Shown: positions 40,555 to 49,929 of the stretch, piece after piece
Position numbering within the stretch: the first letter of the stretch is position 1
Layout of the letters: the number at the start of each line of letters is the position of its first letter
Source of the DNA: Lentimicrobiaceae bacterium
GTDB lineage: Bacteria > Bacteroidota > Bacteroidia > Bacteroidales > JAAYJT01
DNA: 64,000 bases
NCBI GenBank assembly: GCA_037445555.1
Contig: JBBIKG010000012.1
Location: forward strand, 14,016-78,015
Direction: 5' to 3'
Translations under genes and position numbers: made by a program
Notes under the pieces: generated by a model
Seen by the model: only the letters and a program-made list of their open reading frames with translations
Told to the model about the DNA's origin: nothing
The model's database searches: none

Positions 40555-40955
40555 CAAGCAAGCGGGCACATGGCTCGCTTTTTTATTATGAACTGGACGG
40601 TCTATATTCTATTCTCCCAGAAACTCAATCGGTTCTATGTCGGATATTCTCATCAACCCGATATCCGACTCCTGCAACACCTCTCATTTCTGAAAGGAAA
40701 TACTGCTTTCACCGCCAAAGCTCAAGACTGGAAGCAGTTGCTCTGCCTGTCCTGTCGAGATGAAACCCATGCCAGAAAAGTGGAATCACATATCAAAAAA
40801 ATGAAAAGCAAGGCTTTTATCATTAACCTTATCAAATACCCTGAACTCCAGCGTAAAGTGCTCTCCCGTTATTAGCCGTTAATCAGAGCCCCGATGGCTA
40901 TCGGGGTGGTTCAAGTCCAGCAGGGGGAGCAAGCAAGCGGGCACATGGCTCGCTT
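40515..40955 (+). repeat. direct repeat of tRNA-Asn 3' half plus downstream hairpin, flanking a GIY-YIG gene
   Basis: 49-bp identity between 40532-40580 and 40907-40955, plus GTTAATCAGAG at 40515 and 40878. In copy 2, GGTCGC is replaced by CCCCGATGGCTATCGGGG (40889-40906). Confidence 0.9.
40588..40875 (+). CDS. small stand-alone GIY-YIG nuclease family protein
   Basis: VYILFS...FYVGYS...RLLQH...FT...W...ARKVESHIKKMKS. Confidence 0.88.
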   Translation: MNWTVYILFSQKLNRFYVGYSHQPDIRLLQHLSFLKGNTAFTAKAQDWKQLLCLSCRDETHARKVESHIKKMKSKAFIINLIKYPELQRKVLSRY

Positions 40956-41086
40956 ATGCTTTTCATTTCGTGGCAAATTATCCTCTCCTTCCAAAACATC
41001 GCTTCCGGTGGCGTGTCAAATAGTAAAATCATTGAATATCAATAAATTATCGATATATCTGCATATAATTTTATTTTTAGATGAAA

Positions 41087-41289
41087 ATGAAAAGGGGAAA
41101 GCGAAATTCTTTAATGAGATGAAGGGGTTCGGATTCATTAAAAATGACGATTCACACAACGATTTTTTTGTTCATGCAACCGGCCTTAGCAACAAGTTAA
41201 GGGAAGTTGACCCGATAACCTTCGAACTGCAAGAGGGTAGAAAAGGGCTTCATGCAGTAAAAGCAAAGCTTGACTTGTTTAATTCCTGA
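41087..41289 (+). pseudogene. cold-shock protein, frameshifted just after the start codon
   Basis: KGKAKFFNEMKGFGFI...DFFVHATGL (RNP1/RNP2) is out of frame with the nearby ATGs at 41081 and 41087; one extra A in ATGAAAAGGGG restores MKKGK. Confidence 0.6.
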
Positions 41290-41646
41290 TAAATTGCTGA
41301 GGTTGAAAAACTGATGTTGCAGGGCTATTTTTATTCAATAATTCGTGTTGCAAAATCGCTGAAATACAAGTAAAAAACACCTTGTCTTCATCATTGAAGT
41401 TTGTTTCCTGGCGACCGGAAAGAAAATGGATGACCGGCATCGGGTCAACGGAGACAGATAAATCACGTTAAGCCGGTTATGTTGTTCCGGATTCAAACAG
41501 ATCCACAAACATTTCGCAGTCTGAAACGGTCCATTGCTTTAATAATAAGACTATCTTTATCCCCACAAGTCGCAGAATTATTTAATTCGGCCCGGCAAAA
41601 CAGAATAAAGGAGGTTTCGATAAATTTATACCACCAATTAGCAATC

Positions 41647-42102
41647 ATGGCAAGAGCAAAAGAGACAAGCGGAAAAAAAGAAGTGCGATCAAAGCAGGAA
41701 AAGAAACGAAAAGAAAAGGAACGAAAACGCATTGAGCGAAAGGAAAGCAGAAGCAGCGGTGAGAGCAGCAGCATGATTGCCTACGTGGATGAATTTGGAA
41801 ATATTACATCAACCCCGCCCGATCCGGCTACTCGTCAGGTTATAAAGGCCGAAGACATAAATATCAGCGTGCCTAATAACACCGATCCGGGTTCGAACAA
41901 TCCGATCCGAACCGGTATTGTCACATTTTTTGATGCCAAAAAGGGCTTTGGCTTTATTCGGGATACTGAGACCAGTCAGGATTATTTCGTTCATGTTAAT
42001 GGGCTTCTTGAGCCAATCAGTGAAAACAATAAAGTAGTTTACAAGTTGGTTCGGGGCCAGAAGGGAATGAACGCCGTGGATGTTCAGATCAAGAGGGAAT
42101 AG
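41647..42102 (+). CDS. cold-shock domain protein with basic N-terminal extension
   Basis: Lys/Arg-rich N-terminus, AYVDEFGNITSTPPDP, GIVTFFDAKKGFGFI, YFVH. Confidence 0.88.
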   Translation: MARAKETSGKKEVRSKQEKKRKEKERKRIERKESRSSGESSSMIAYVDEFGNITSTPPDPATRQVIKAEDINISVPNNTDPGSNNPIRTGIVTFFDAKKGFGFIRDTETSQDYFVHVNGLLEPISENNKVVYKLVRGQKGMNAVDVQIKRE

Positions 42103-42235
42103 CCTCTGCCCTCGCAGACAGTTCAAACACTTGCACAAGTGTTTTTGAGTAGCTTCGTTCCAATTTCAAAATCCGGTTTTCGCCAGATTATTTTAGAAGC
42201 AGCGATTAGAGAAGTTTTGCTCTCGCTTTGGCAAA

Positions 42236-42442
42236 CTAGCCGGCCGTGTATTTCTCGTACAGCACGAACAGGAATTCAATGCGTCTGATTTCGGTGGCAA
42301 AAGGTTGGGGGCGGTAGGCCAGGGCAACAACTTTGTCGAGCGCCTGGTGGGCTTTTACCAGTTTGGGTGGCATGGCCCGTGGGGCGTATAAATCGGCTAA
42401 ACTGCTGCCCGCAAACTCAGCGCGCACTTCCAGCACTTTCAA
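42236..42442 (-). pseudogene. remnant of the C-terminus of an MmeI-like type IIL restriction-modification enzyme
   Basis: SLADLYAP..MPPKLVKAHQALDKVV..AY...F.....RIEFLF.LY; no upstream methyltransferase ORF. Confidence 0.75.
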
Positions 42443-42573
42443 TTATCATGGCTTCGATGAATTGGCCACTTATTAAAACCGGTCTGCTCTTTTCTGGCAA
42501 AAGCATTGTGCTGGCTCAAGATGGTAGCTTAAGATGGCGATTGTTTACTGTATCATATCCTTAATTCTAAGCA

Positions 42574-43392
42574 TCAGTGGCTGCGCCGTTCAAACTTTTC
42601 AAGGTTGTTCAGAATAATCCATTCTACCAGACGGGGACAAAGGCGTTGAATCAAATAATTAAGCTTGCCAATTGGAGTTAACACGGTAATGTACTTTCGC
42701 CTTTCGATGTTTTTCATCACCGCCCTGGCCACCGAATCGATGGTCTGCACACCCTTGCCCGAGCGTTTGTTCAACCTGATCAACGATCCATCGGCAGCAA
42801 CGGTAGTTTTACCTTCCTCGTTCTCGGTATATCCAACATAAACCAACCCCACATGGATACGATTCTCCTTTTCTTCGATGCGGATGGTCTCGGTGATGGC
42901 GCGTATCGCCATCTTGGCTGAACAATACGCGGAAATATTCGGCAGCCCCCGGATGCCCGCCAGACTCGATATGAATACCAGGCTTCCATGACTCTGCCTC
43001 AGAAATGGCAATGCGGCTATTGCCGGACTAACAGCTCCCAATACGTTGCTCCTGAACATGGATTCGAAAACACCGGGGTTCAGATCAGCAAATCTGCCCC
43101 GCATCGACATGCCCACATTATTCACCAAAATATCTATTCTACCATGCTTTTCGATGGTTTTGCCAATGAGTAGCCGCCCGCCTTCGTGGGTGGACACATC
43201 GCAGCAAACAGACAGGGTGCTGCCCTGTATTGGCGCGAGCTCTTTTTCGGCTGCATGCAGCTGTTCGGGATTACGTGCGTTAAGCACAACGCTTGCCCCT
43301 TTACGAGCCAGCGCTTTAGCAACGCCCTTGCCTATGCCCCGGCTCGACCCGGTGACAATAGCTATTTTGCCGGATAAATTACTGGTACTCAT
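42574..43392 (-). CDS. short-chain dehydrogenase/reductase
   Basis: TGSSRGIG, NNVG, SS, YCSAK. Confidence 0.92.
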   Translation of the reverse strand: MSTSNLSGKIAIVTGSSRGIGKGVAKALARKGASVVLNARNPEQLHAAEKELAPIQGSTLSVCCDVSTHEGGRLLIGKTIEKHGRIDILVNNVGMSMRGRFADLNPGVFESMFRSNVLGAVSPAIAALPFLRQSHGSLVFISSLAGIRGLPNISAYCSAKMAIRAITETIRIEEKENRIHVGLVYVGYTENEEGKTTVAADGSLIRLNKRSGKGVQTIDSVARAVMKNIERRKYITVLTPIGKLNYLIQRLCPRLVEWIILNNLEKFERRSH

Positions 43393-43396
43393 GCTT

Positions 43397-44143
43397 TTAT
43401 TTGTTTTTAATCGTCATTTCCGGATTGTATTTTAACGCCGTGAAGCTATTGGTAAGCGCCATAGCCACATGCACCAGGAAGGCTATCCATAAGGTGCCTG
43501 ATGCCAGGGTGAGCAGGCAAAGCACCAAACCCAGGGGCAGCGCCCCCACGGTTTCTTCAAGCCCCTTGGGGACGTGTGTGGCCGAATATAATGCCATGTT
43601 TACGGCAATGGCAGGCCATACACCAATCTGGCCGGCAAGCGGAAACAGCAACAGCCCCCTGAAAAGGAACTCATATCCTAAAAGGTACAACGCCCAGGTG
43701 AGCGCATTGATGAGCATGGTACGCCTTGTCCATACCCGTGCCCTGATCTGGGGATAGTTGGCCAGGTTCTTTGGCTTTTGGGCACTGAAAAATGCCACCG
43801 GAACGACAAGCCCAGTCAAACCAAGAGTCCATGCCAGCGAAAACAGAGCAGTGTCGGCCCTGTAGGTAAGCCCGAAGGAGGCTAATGAATACCCCCTCAT
43901 ACATACCAGGGCAATGATGGCGGGTACAAGGCCCATAACCACGAAACCAGCGATACGGTTAAACGCAATATGGTTTATCGACGCCTGGTCGGAAGCATAT
44001 CTTGAATAGAACCATTGTTTAAGCACTTCGGATTTGGCGGTGAACCAATACACGGCAAATGAAACTGCGGCAAGCACAACGGGCAGAAAGACTGTCAGGT
44101 CGCCATCTTTCCAGGATAAGTCGGTAATCATAAGAACAATCAT
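43397..44143 (-). CDS. CPBP (Abi/CAAX) family intramembrane metalloprotease
   Basis: YEFLFRG, YSATH, HVAMALTN; multiple TM segments. Confidence 0.85.
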   Translation of the reverse strand: MIVLMITDLSWKDGDLTVFLPVVLAAVSFAVYWFTAKSEVLKQWFYSRYASDQASINHIAFNRIAGFVVMGLVPAIIALVCMRGYSLASFGLTYRADTALFSLAWTLGLTGLVVPVAFFSAQKPKNLANYPQIRARVWTRRTMLINALTWALYLLGYEFLFRGLLLFPLAGQIGVWPAIAVNMALYSATHVPKGLEETVGALPLGLVLCLLTLASGTLWIAFLVHVAMALTNSFTALKYNPEMTIKNK

Positions 44144-44154
44144 ATTTTAGGAGA

Positions 44155-45127
44155 TTAGAGGTATTTGTTTTCGAGAAACCATTGATAGCACTCATGTATG
44201 GCCAGGCTGATATCTGTTTGTGGCAGGCCAAGCTCTCATGGCCTCCCGGCTTTCGACAAATTGTTTTTCGCACGATATGCGGGCCATGGGGTAGCTCAGC
44301 AGGGGCTCTTTGCCCGTTATTTTCCCTGACAGGCTGCCTGCCAGACCGGCTGTCTTCACCAGCCACGACGGAACTGCTATCCGCGGACGGGGAACTCCAA
44401 GCACCTCAGCCGCCTTCCGGAAAAATTCGCGATAGGTAAGGTTTTCGTTGCCCGTGATGTAGTAACGGCCCACCTGTCCCATGTCGAGGCTGTTTGCAAT
44501 GGCTGTGGCTACATCCCCCACATAAATAAAATTTCTTCCACCCTTGCTGTATACTTTCAGCTTCCCCCGGGCAAGGGCAAGAATCATTTTTCCGGCTCCC
44601 GGCAACGAGTCATAAGGACCAATCATGAAGGTGGGTAGAATTGCTATGGCCGGCAGCCCGCGTTTGTTCACAGCATCCATTACCAGACCGAAGGCTTCAA
44701 ACTTCGAATCAATATAATCGAGGCCAAACCTGGCTCCCGGAAAGGGAAAACGGTCGCCTGCCCGCGGCTGTGCGTTAACCGAACTGGCCGATCCCACATA
44801 AATCAGCCGACTGACAGTATCTTTAAGGCATGCGTCAATGACGTTACGGGTACCTTCCACATTGATGCGACGAACGAATTCTGATCGTGACGGCCACACG
44901 CTGGTGCTGGCAGCAGCATGAATCACGACATCTGTACCCGAAAAAGGATCTGACAGTGTTTCGGGCTGCAACACATCTCCGTAATGCCTGCTGATTGCTA
45001 ACCCATCGAGGGTTCGCGATTTTGACGACGGATGTATCATTACGCTTACGGCATGGCCCCTGGCGAGGAGCAGTCTGACAAGATTACTGCCCAGCAGTCC
45101 ATCGGCCCCGGTAACGGTTACATGCAT
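44155..45127 (-). pseudogene. NAD-dependent epimerase/dehydratase (HpnA/DFR-like) with a frameshift near the 3' end
   Basis: VTGADGLLG, HAAA, YIDSK. The expected C-terminus ELGLPQTDISLAIHECYQWFLENKYL* lies in another frame after ATGAGAGCT (about 44233-44239), consistent with loss of one GA unit. Confidence 0.75.
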
Positions 45128-45464
45128 GGCTGATCGTTTTGGAATTTTAGCATGGGTAGAAAAGTTAAATTTACAATCTTTTTGTGGAAAGGCAACGGAC
45201 CTCGAATGTTTATTTTACACACTCATCCAAAGCACTTGCTCATCTTCGGGGCAGAACCATGCTTTCCAAACCTTTTCCGTGTCGTGAAACACGCCTTAAA
45301 GTGAATTACCAATGCCACCGCCCGCAGTCATTAAACCAAGGGCCAGGAAAATCATGCCTGTCGGAATAGGGCCGGTGGTGGGAATATTGAATGGCAGTTG
45401 AGGCCCGGCAAAGCTAGCCTGTAAACAGATTATCGTATTGTCGCCGACCAGATATTTCCCGATG

Positions 45465-45892
45465 CCTACCGGGTGGCTGTCCCGTTTGTAAGGTTGCTGG
45501 CTGAGGAATTGTCCGTTGCTTTGCAGGTTCCGTTTATTTGTTGTCTGTAAAAGGGGACCTCGTTTGTTGCCGTGTTCCAACCTATCAGCTCAACGGTTCC
45601 ACGGGCCTGTGCGCCGTTGGTGTGTTTTCAGGCACAATCAAAAATACTGTTGATGGGGCAGCTTGCCCAGATGCCGCTCCACCCGCAGCATTCCGTTACA
45701 TTCCATGTGCTGCCTAAAAGAGCCTGGTTACTACTGCTGCGGGATCTCATCCAAATGACTTTACCTTTTATATCATCGCCTGCAGGGGGTGGCCCGTCGG
45801 TTGAGCAGGAGACTTTTTGTAGCATCCTGGGTGCGAACGTGTAGCGTGGTGACTAGTAGCAATACGCCTGCTATTAGCCCGGTGATGATCAT
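45465..45892 (-). pseudogene. degraded gene for a small secreted Trp/Cys-rich protein
   Basis: Signal-like MIITGLIAGVLLLVTT in one frame; LGSTWNVTECCGWSGIW...FDCA*KHTNGAQARGTVEL continues in another frame through an internal TGA. Confidence 0.4.
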
Positions 45893-46104
45893 TGCATTAG
45901 GTTCCTCGTTTCAAAATTAACGATGAAGACAAATAAGTGTGTCCGTTTATATTTTTCAAACAGTTTCCGTGTTTTTATCTGTTCTGCCTAATCAGAAATA
46001 GTAATGTTTCCAAACAAAGTTTCAAGCTGTTGACTTTTTTCAACCCATCCTATTTTAAGTAGCATACCCGTAGCAGGAGAATTTGGCGGTAAGAATCAGG
46101 AAAG

Positions 46105-46133
46105 AGGAAAGAGGCCAGACTGACCTCTTTCCT
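46105..46133 (-). terminator. hairpin downstream of ccsBA
   Basis: AGGAAAGAGGCCAG / CTGACCTCTTTCCT inverted repeat. Confidence 0.55.
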
Positions 46134-46201
46134 GGTAAATGATTCAAATTAAGTCCTGATTAGGTATCAGGTGTATAAGCCACGGGGCATAACTTTTGAT
46201 A

Positions 46202-49200
46202 TTATTGCGTTGAATCTGCCTCCGAAATCTCATCATCCGAGCGTATCTGGTGTTTCTTTTGGCTGGCAAAAGCAAGGGAAATCACCATCAGAACCACCAC
46301 AACCGCCACATATACTCCTGCAGGCACGGGAGCCGGATCGCCCTGGGCATAGCTGTGAAGCCCCGACAGGTAATAGTTCACCCCGAAATAGGTCATCAGC
46401 ACTGAAGAGAATCCCGCCAGAGCGGCGGCACTCAGCGCAAACTGGCCCCTTAACCCGGGAATCTTGTGCATATGGGTGATGAATGAATATATCAAAATTG
46501 TGACTAAAGACCATGTTTCTTTTGGATCCCAGCCCCAATATCGACCCCACGACTCGTTAGCCCACACCCCTCCAAGAAACGAGCCTATTGTCAGAAGATA
46601 AAGTCCTAGGATAAGTGCTATCTCAATGATGTAGGAAAGCTCTTTTACAGTGAAGCCAACTCGTGCAGAATTGTAGGATGTGCGACTAATTATCAGTAGC
46701 AGGTTTGTTAGCCCCAACAGAGCCCCTGTGCCAAGAAATCCATAGCTGGCTGTAATAACAGAAACATGGATTATAAGCCAATATGATTTGAGAACAGGCA
46801 CTAAATTGGTAAGTTCGGGATTCATCCAGCTCATCCCTGCAACAAAAAGTGTAATGGCTGCTAATATAGCGGTTACTGCAAGGGTAATGGGCGAGCGCCG
46901 TGCGAAAACCAATCCGGCCAGAGCCGAAGTCCAACTGATGTAAAGCAAAGTTTCATAGCCATTACTCCAAGGTGCATGATCGGTAATATACCAGCGGGCG
47001 GCCATAGCCATTGTATGAATCAATAATAGGCCGAGTATGATCCAAAAAACAATTTTGGCAAGGTTGGCTCGCCTGGCAACCGGACTCATTAATGTTGTGA
47101 TCTGATAAATAAGTAAAAGCAAACCGAAGAAAATATATAGTATGGCCAGCCTGCTGTATATGTTTAAGTTGATATAATGAATTTCAAGCCATGTTTTGAA
47201 TCGGGGCGGGTGAATCGCCGCTCCAGCTGTTTTTTGAAAGTCAATCAGCTGATCGAGATATGTATTGGCTTGGCTATAGTCCTTAGAAACTTCGGCCTTC
47301 ATCAAAGCATGCAAATAGTTCTGCATCGACTTTAGCGCCGGATTTTCCTTTAATGCTTCATTGTGGCTGAGCGCGCTGTGAAAATCAGTCCATTTATTAT
47401 TTGGGTCGCCCGGTACTGGAAAAATTGTCAGGTAAGTGCCATTGAGCATCCCATACAATACGTTCACTCTTTCATCAATGGCTATTATTTCTTTGTCAAA
47501 ACGCGATCGTTGTACCAATTTTTTCTCGTACGCTTTTTCTACAAATTCCTGCAATTTGTAGTTTGATTCGTGATCGTTTTGAAAAAAATCTGCAAAGGAT
47601 GCCTGCTCAGACCGAATTCCGAGATGGCGTTGTATCTCGGGATTAGAGACTTTAATTATGGGAACGGTGAGCCAGGCCTGTGAGTTTGCGGTGATTTCAA
47701 TGAGAATTTGTGTAGCAGTTTTACCGTTAAAAGTTGTTTTCCTGGCAATTTTTCTGAGCAATTCCGAAGCAAGGGTGTTTATCGGTTCAATACGTCCATC
47801 GGCTCCAAGCACCTGTAATCGTCGGAATTTTTTTTCATGCTCTTCAATACTTACACCCGGAGTGCCCTGAGCAAATGCATGAGAATATGAAACAAGGAAG
47901 GCTATCAGTACGATTCCTGACAGTTGAGTGCTCGATTTGTTTGAGATTCGACCTAAAGCCCCTGCCAGTCTTCTAAATCGGCTGGAGCGAGCAAAAAGAG
48001 ATAAAATCATGCCTAAAGTCATCAGGAAGTAGCCAATATAAGTAATGATCGTGCCAGCAGCATCATAATTTACCGAAAGAACCGTGCCTTCTTCATCCTG
48101 ATCATATGAAGATTGAAAAAAGCGGTAGCCTTGATATTTGAGTATGTTGTTCATGAATATCCTGTAGGGTCGATTAATATTATGCGCCTGGTCAATCAGC
48201 ATAACTTCGCTTGCAAACGATGAGGGACTGTTTGATCCTGGATAGCGCTCGAGTTGAAAGTCATGTAATTTAAGTGAAAACGGCAGCTGGATAACAGCAG
48301 AAGCATAGGATAGATCAATTTCTGTGTCACCAATCTTGAATGTTGTGGGCTCATCGTGACTGTTGGTTTCAAAGATAGAAGCGATATTAGTTTCATTATC
48401 AACACTAACCGAAAACTGAAGAGCATTTGAGCCGGGAGTGCCATCAGGCGCAGGTACGGAGACAAGCTTCAGAATCCCGGATTTTATGTATTTTTTAATA
48501 ACAAAAGTTATGTCACCAGTTCGATAAATGGTTCGAGGCATTAGTTCTAGCGGCTGTCCAGGGGCAACTTGCTGATTCCCTTCTAAGCCCATTTGAGATA
48601 CAAAAACAGAATCAATTGCATTTAGAACAAGGGTCCCATTTTCTTCCCTGATTCTAAGTTGAGCCTCGGGAGAGTTGTAATCAAAACTGAAAACAACGTT
48701 CCCGATTCTATGCTGCTTATTTTGCTCAAGTACGAAGTCGTCGCGATGGCCATGCATATCCATGGCGAGCAGTGAAATCATTGGCACCCCATTTGGGCCC
48801 TCGACCAAGGTCTTGGTGGCATGGGGCAGATAGTCATCGAGTTTTATGGTAATTTTCTTGTGGTTCAGCTTGAAAGTCTTGCTAAATCTATTTGCGAAAT
48901 TTGGCGAAAGCATAAGATCCTTCGTAGCCAAATATTCTTCCCGATTCGAGCGAGCTGATATTTTTAAGGATTTTGTGGATGCTATCAAACGACTGCTAGA
49001 TTCTCCTTCGCGGATGTGCATCATGCCTTCGAAACCAGTATAACGCGTAACCGCTGCCCCAGCCAGTATTACCAAAAACCCAAAGTGAAACAAAAATACC
49101 GGCCAGCGTTTACGACTTACCAGTTTATTTACAACAATGCTTCCTCCTAGGTTGATGGATAATAAGAGCAGTAACACTTCGAACCACCAGGCATTGTAAA

Positions 49201-49330
49201 TGAGAAGCCGGGCAGTTGGGGTGCCAAAATCATTTTCGACAAACGTGGCATATGCAATTGCAAGCGCAAAGACCATTATCAACATGCCAGTTATCTGCAT
49301 CGAGAATACAAATGAAAATACTTTTTTCAT
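46202..49330 (-). CDS. ccsBA: fused System II cytochrome c synthase (ResB-ResC / CcsBA)
   Basis: FLFHFGF...RYTGFEG, FQLERYPGS.SPSSFAS, HAPWSNGYE, WLIIHV, WWD domain WANESWGRYWGWDPKETW, GLHSYA. Confidence 0.95.
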   Translation of the reverse strand: MKKVFSFVFSMQITGMLIMVFALAIAYATFVENDFGTPTARLLIYNAWWFEVLLLLLSINLGGSIVVNKLVSRKRWPVFLFHFGFLVILAGAAVTRYTGFEGMMHIREGESSSRLIASTKSLKISARSNREEYLATKDLMLSPNFANRFSKTFKLNHKKITIKLDDYLPHATKTLVEGPNGVPMISLLAMDMHGHRDDFVLEQNKQHRIGNVVFSFDYNSPEAQLRIREENGTLVLNAIDSVFVSQMGLEGNQQVAPGQPLELMPRTIYRTGDITFVIKKYIKSGILKLVSVPAPDGTPGSNALQFSVSVDNETNIASIFETNSHDEPTTFKIGDTEIDLSYASAVIQLPFSLKLHDFQLERYPGSNSPSSFASEVMLIDQAHNINRPYRIFMNNILKYQGYRFFQSSYDQDEEGTVLSVNYDAAGTIITYIGYFLMTLGMILSLFARSSRFRRLAGALGRISNKSSTQLSGIVLIAFLVSYSHAFAQGTPGVSIEEHEKKFRRLQVLGADGRIEPINTLASELLRKIARKTTFNGKTATQILIEITANSQAWLTVPIIKVSNPEIQRHLGIRSEQASFADFFQNDHESNYKLQEFVEKAYEKKLVQRSRFDKEIIAIDERVNVLYGMLNGTYLTIFPVPGDPNNKWTDFHSALSHNEALKENPALKSMQNYLHALMKAEVSKDYSQANTYLDQLIDFQKTAGAAIHPPRFKTWLEIHYINLNIYSRLAILYIFFGLLLLIYQITTLMSPVARRANLAKIVFWIILGLLLIHTMAMAARWYITDHAPWSNGYETLLYISWTSALAGLVFARRSPITLAVTAILAAITLFVAGMSWMNPELTNLVPVLKSYWLIIHVSVITASYGFLGTGALLGLTNLLLIISRTSYNSARVGFTVKELSYIIEIALILGLYLLTIGSFLGGVWANESWGRYWGWDPKETWSLVTILIYSFITHMHKIPGLRGQFALSAAALAGFSSVLMTYFGVNYYLSGLHSYAQGDPAPVPAGVYVAVVVVLMVISLAFASQKKHQIRSDDEISEADSTQ

Positions 49331-49872
49331 GCTATAATTTAAACTGATTTTAGAAAGTTATTTGCGATTAGAAAAGAATGACCAAAGACACTTGTTCTTA
49401 AATTAACAAATCTGGATACAAAACTATGAATTAATCTCACAATCATTGTTTGATCGCTTTGAGCAGGCAATAGGCTTTGTTAATTATTTGTTAATCTGCG
49501 CAATTACCATCAACCCTACAGTAAAATGCATATATGTTTTATCTGGTAAAACTTTCCCTTTTTGAACCACTCACTTACAGGTGCTAGCTTCAACCTGTAG
49601 AAAAGGTAACTTGTTTAATAGGTTTGGACGATTTTAGGTGCGTAAATTCTTGTGTTAAGGGCAAGACTTTTGAACTTCCTTTTTCTGTCAGAAATTCTCT
49701 GCCTTGCGCCAGCTATAATATCTCTCTAGCGCGGCTTAGGTTTGGCAAGCGAAAACCTGACAAGTATTGTCAGTTCTTAACCATCTGTGACTAGTGAAGG
49801 AAGAACATTATCCCTATCGTCCGAAATCGAGCACGAGACAATTGTTCACCCAATACGATTATGTCTTTAACT

Positions 49873-49913
49873 TTAAAGAAAGGCCTAACCGAATCGGTCA
49901 GGTCTTTCTTTAA
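49873..49913 (-). terminator. intrinsic terminator ending the cytochrome operon
   Basis: TTAAAGAAAGGCCTAACCGA / TCGGTCAGGTCTTTCTTTAA hairpin just after the stop at 49930. Confidence 0.75.
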
Positions 49914-49929
49914 TAGGGCTCCAGGGTTA

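Noticed and set aside
40878-40955. Second functional tRNA-Asn, or attR of an integrase-driven island
   Set aside because: It lacks the 5' half (acceptor 5' strand and D arm). The enclosed segment is under 400 bp and no integrase is in the window.
40894-41086. N-terminal 64 codons of the 131-aa ORF 40894-41289
   Set aside because: They run through the tRNA-derived repeat and AT-rich spacer; only the last ~65 codons resemble a cold-shock domain.
45626-45630. TGA recoding (selenocysteine or Trp) in the 45.5-45.9 kb relic
   Set aside because: The same relic also has a frameshift and other genes use TGA as stop, so decay is the simpler explanation.
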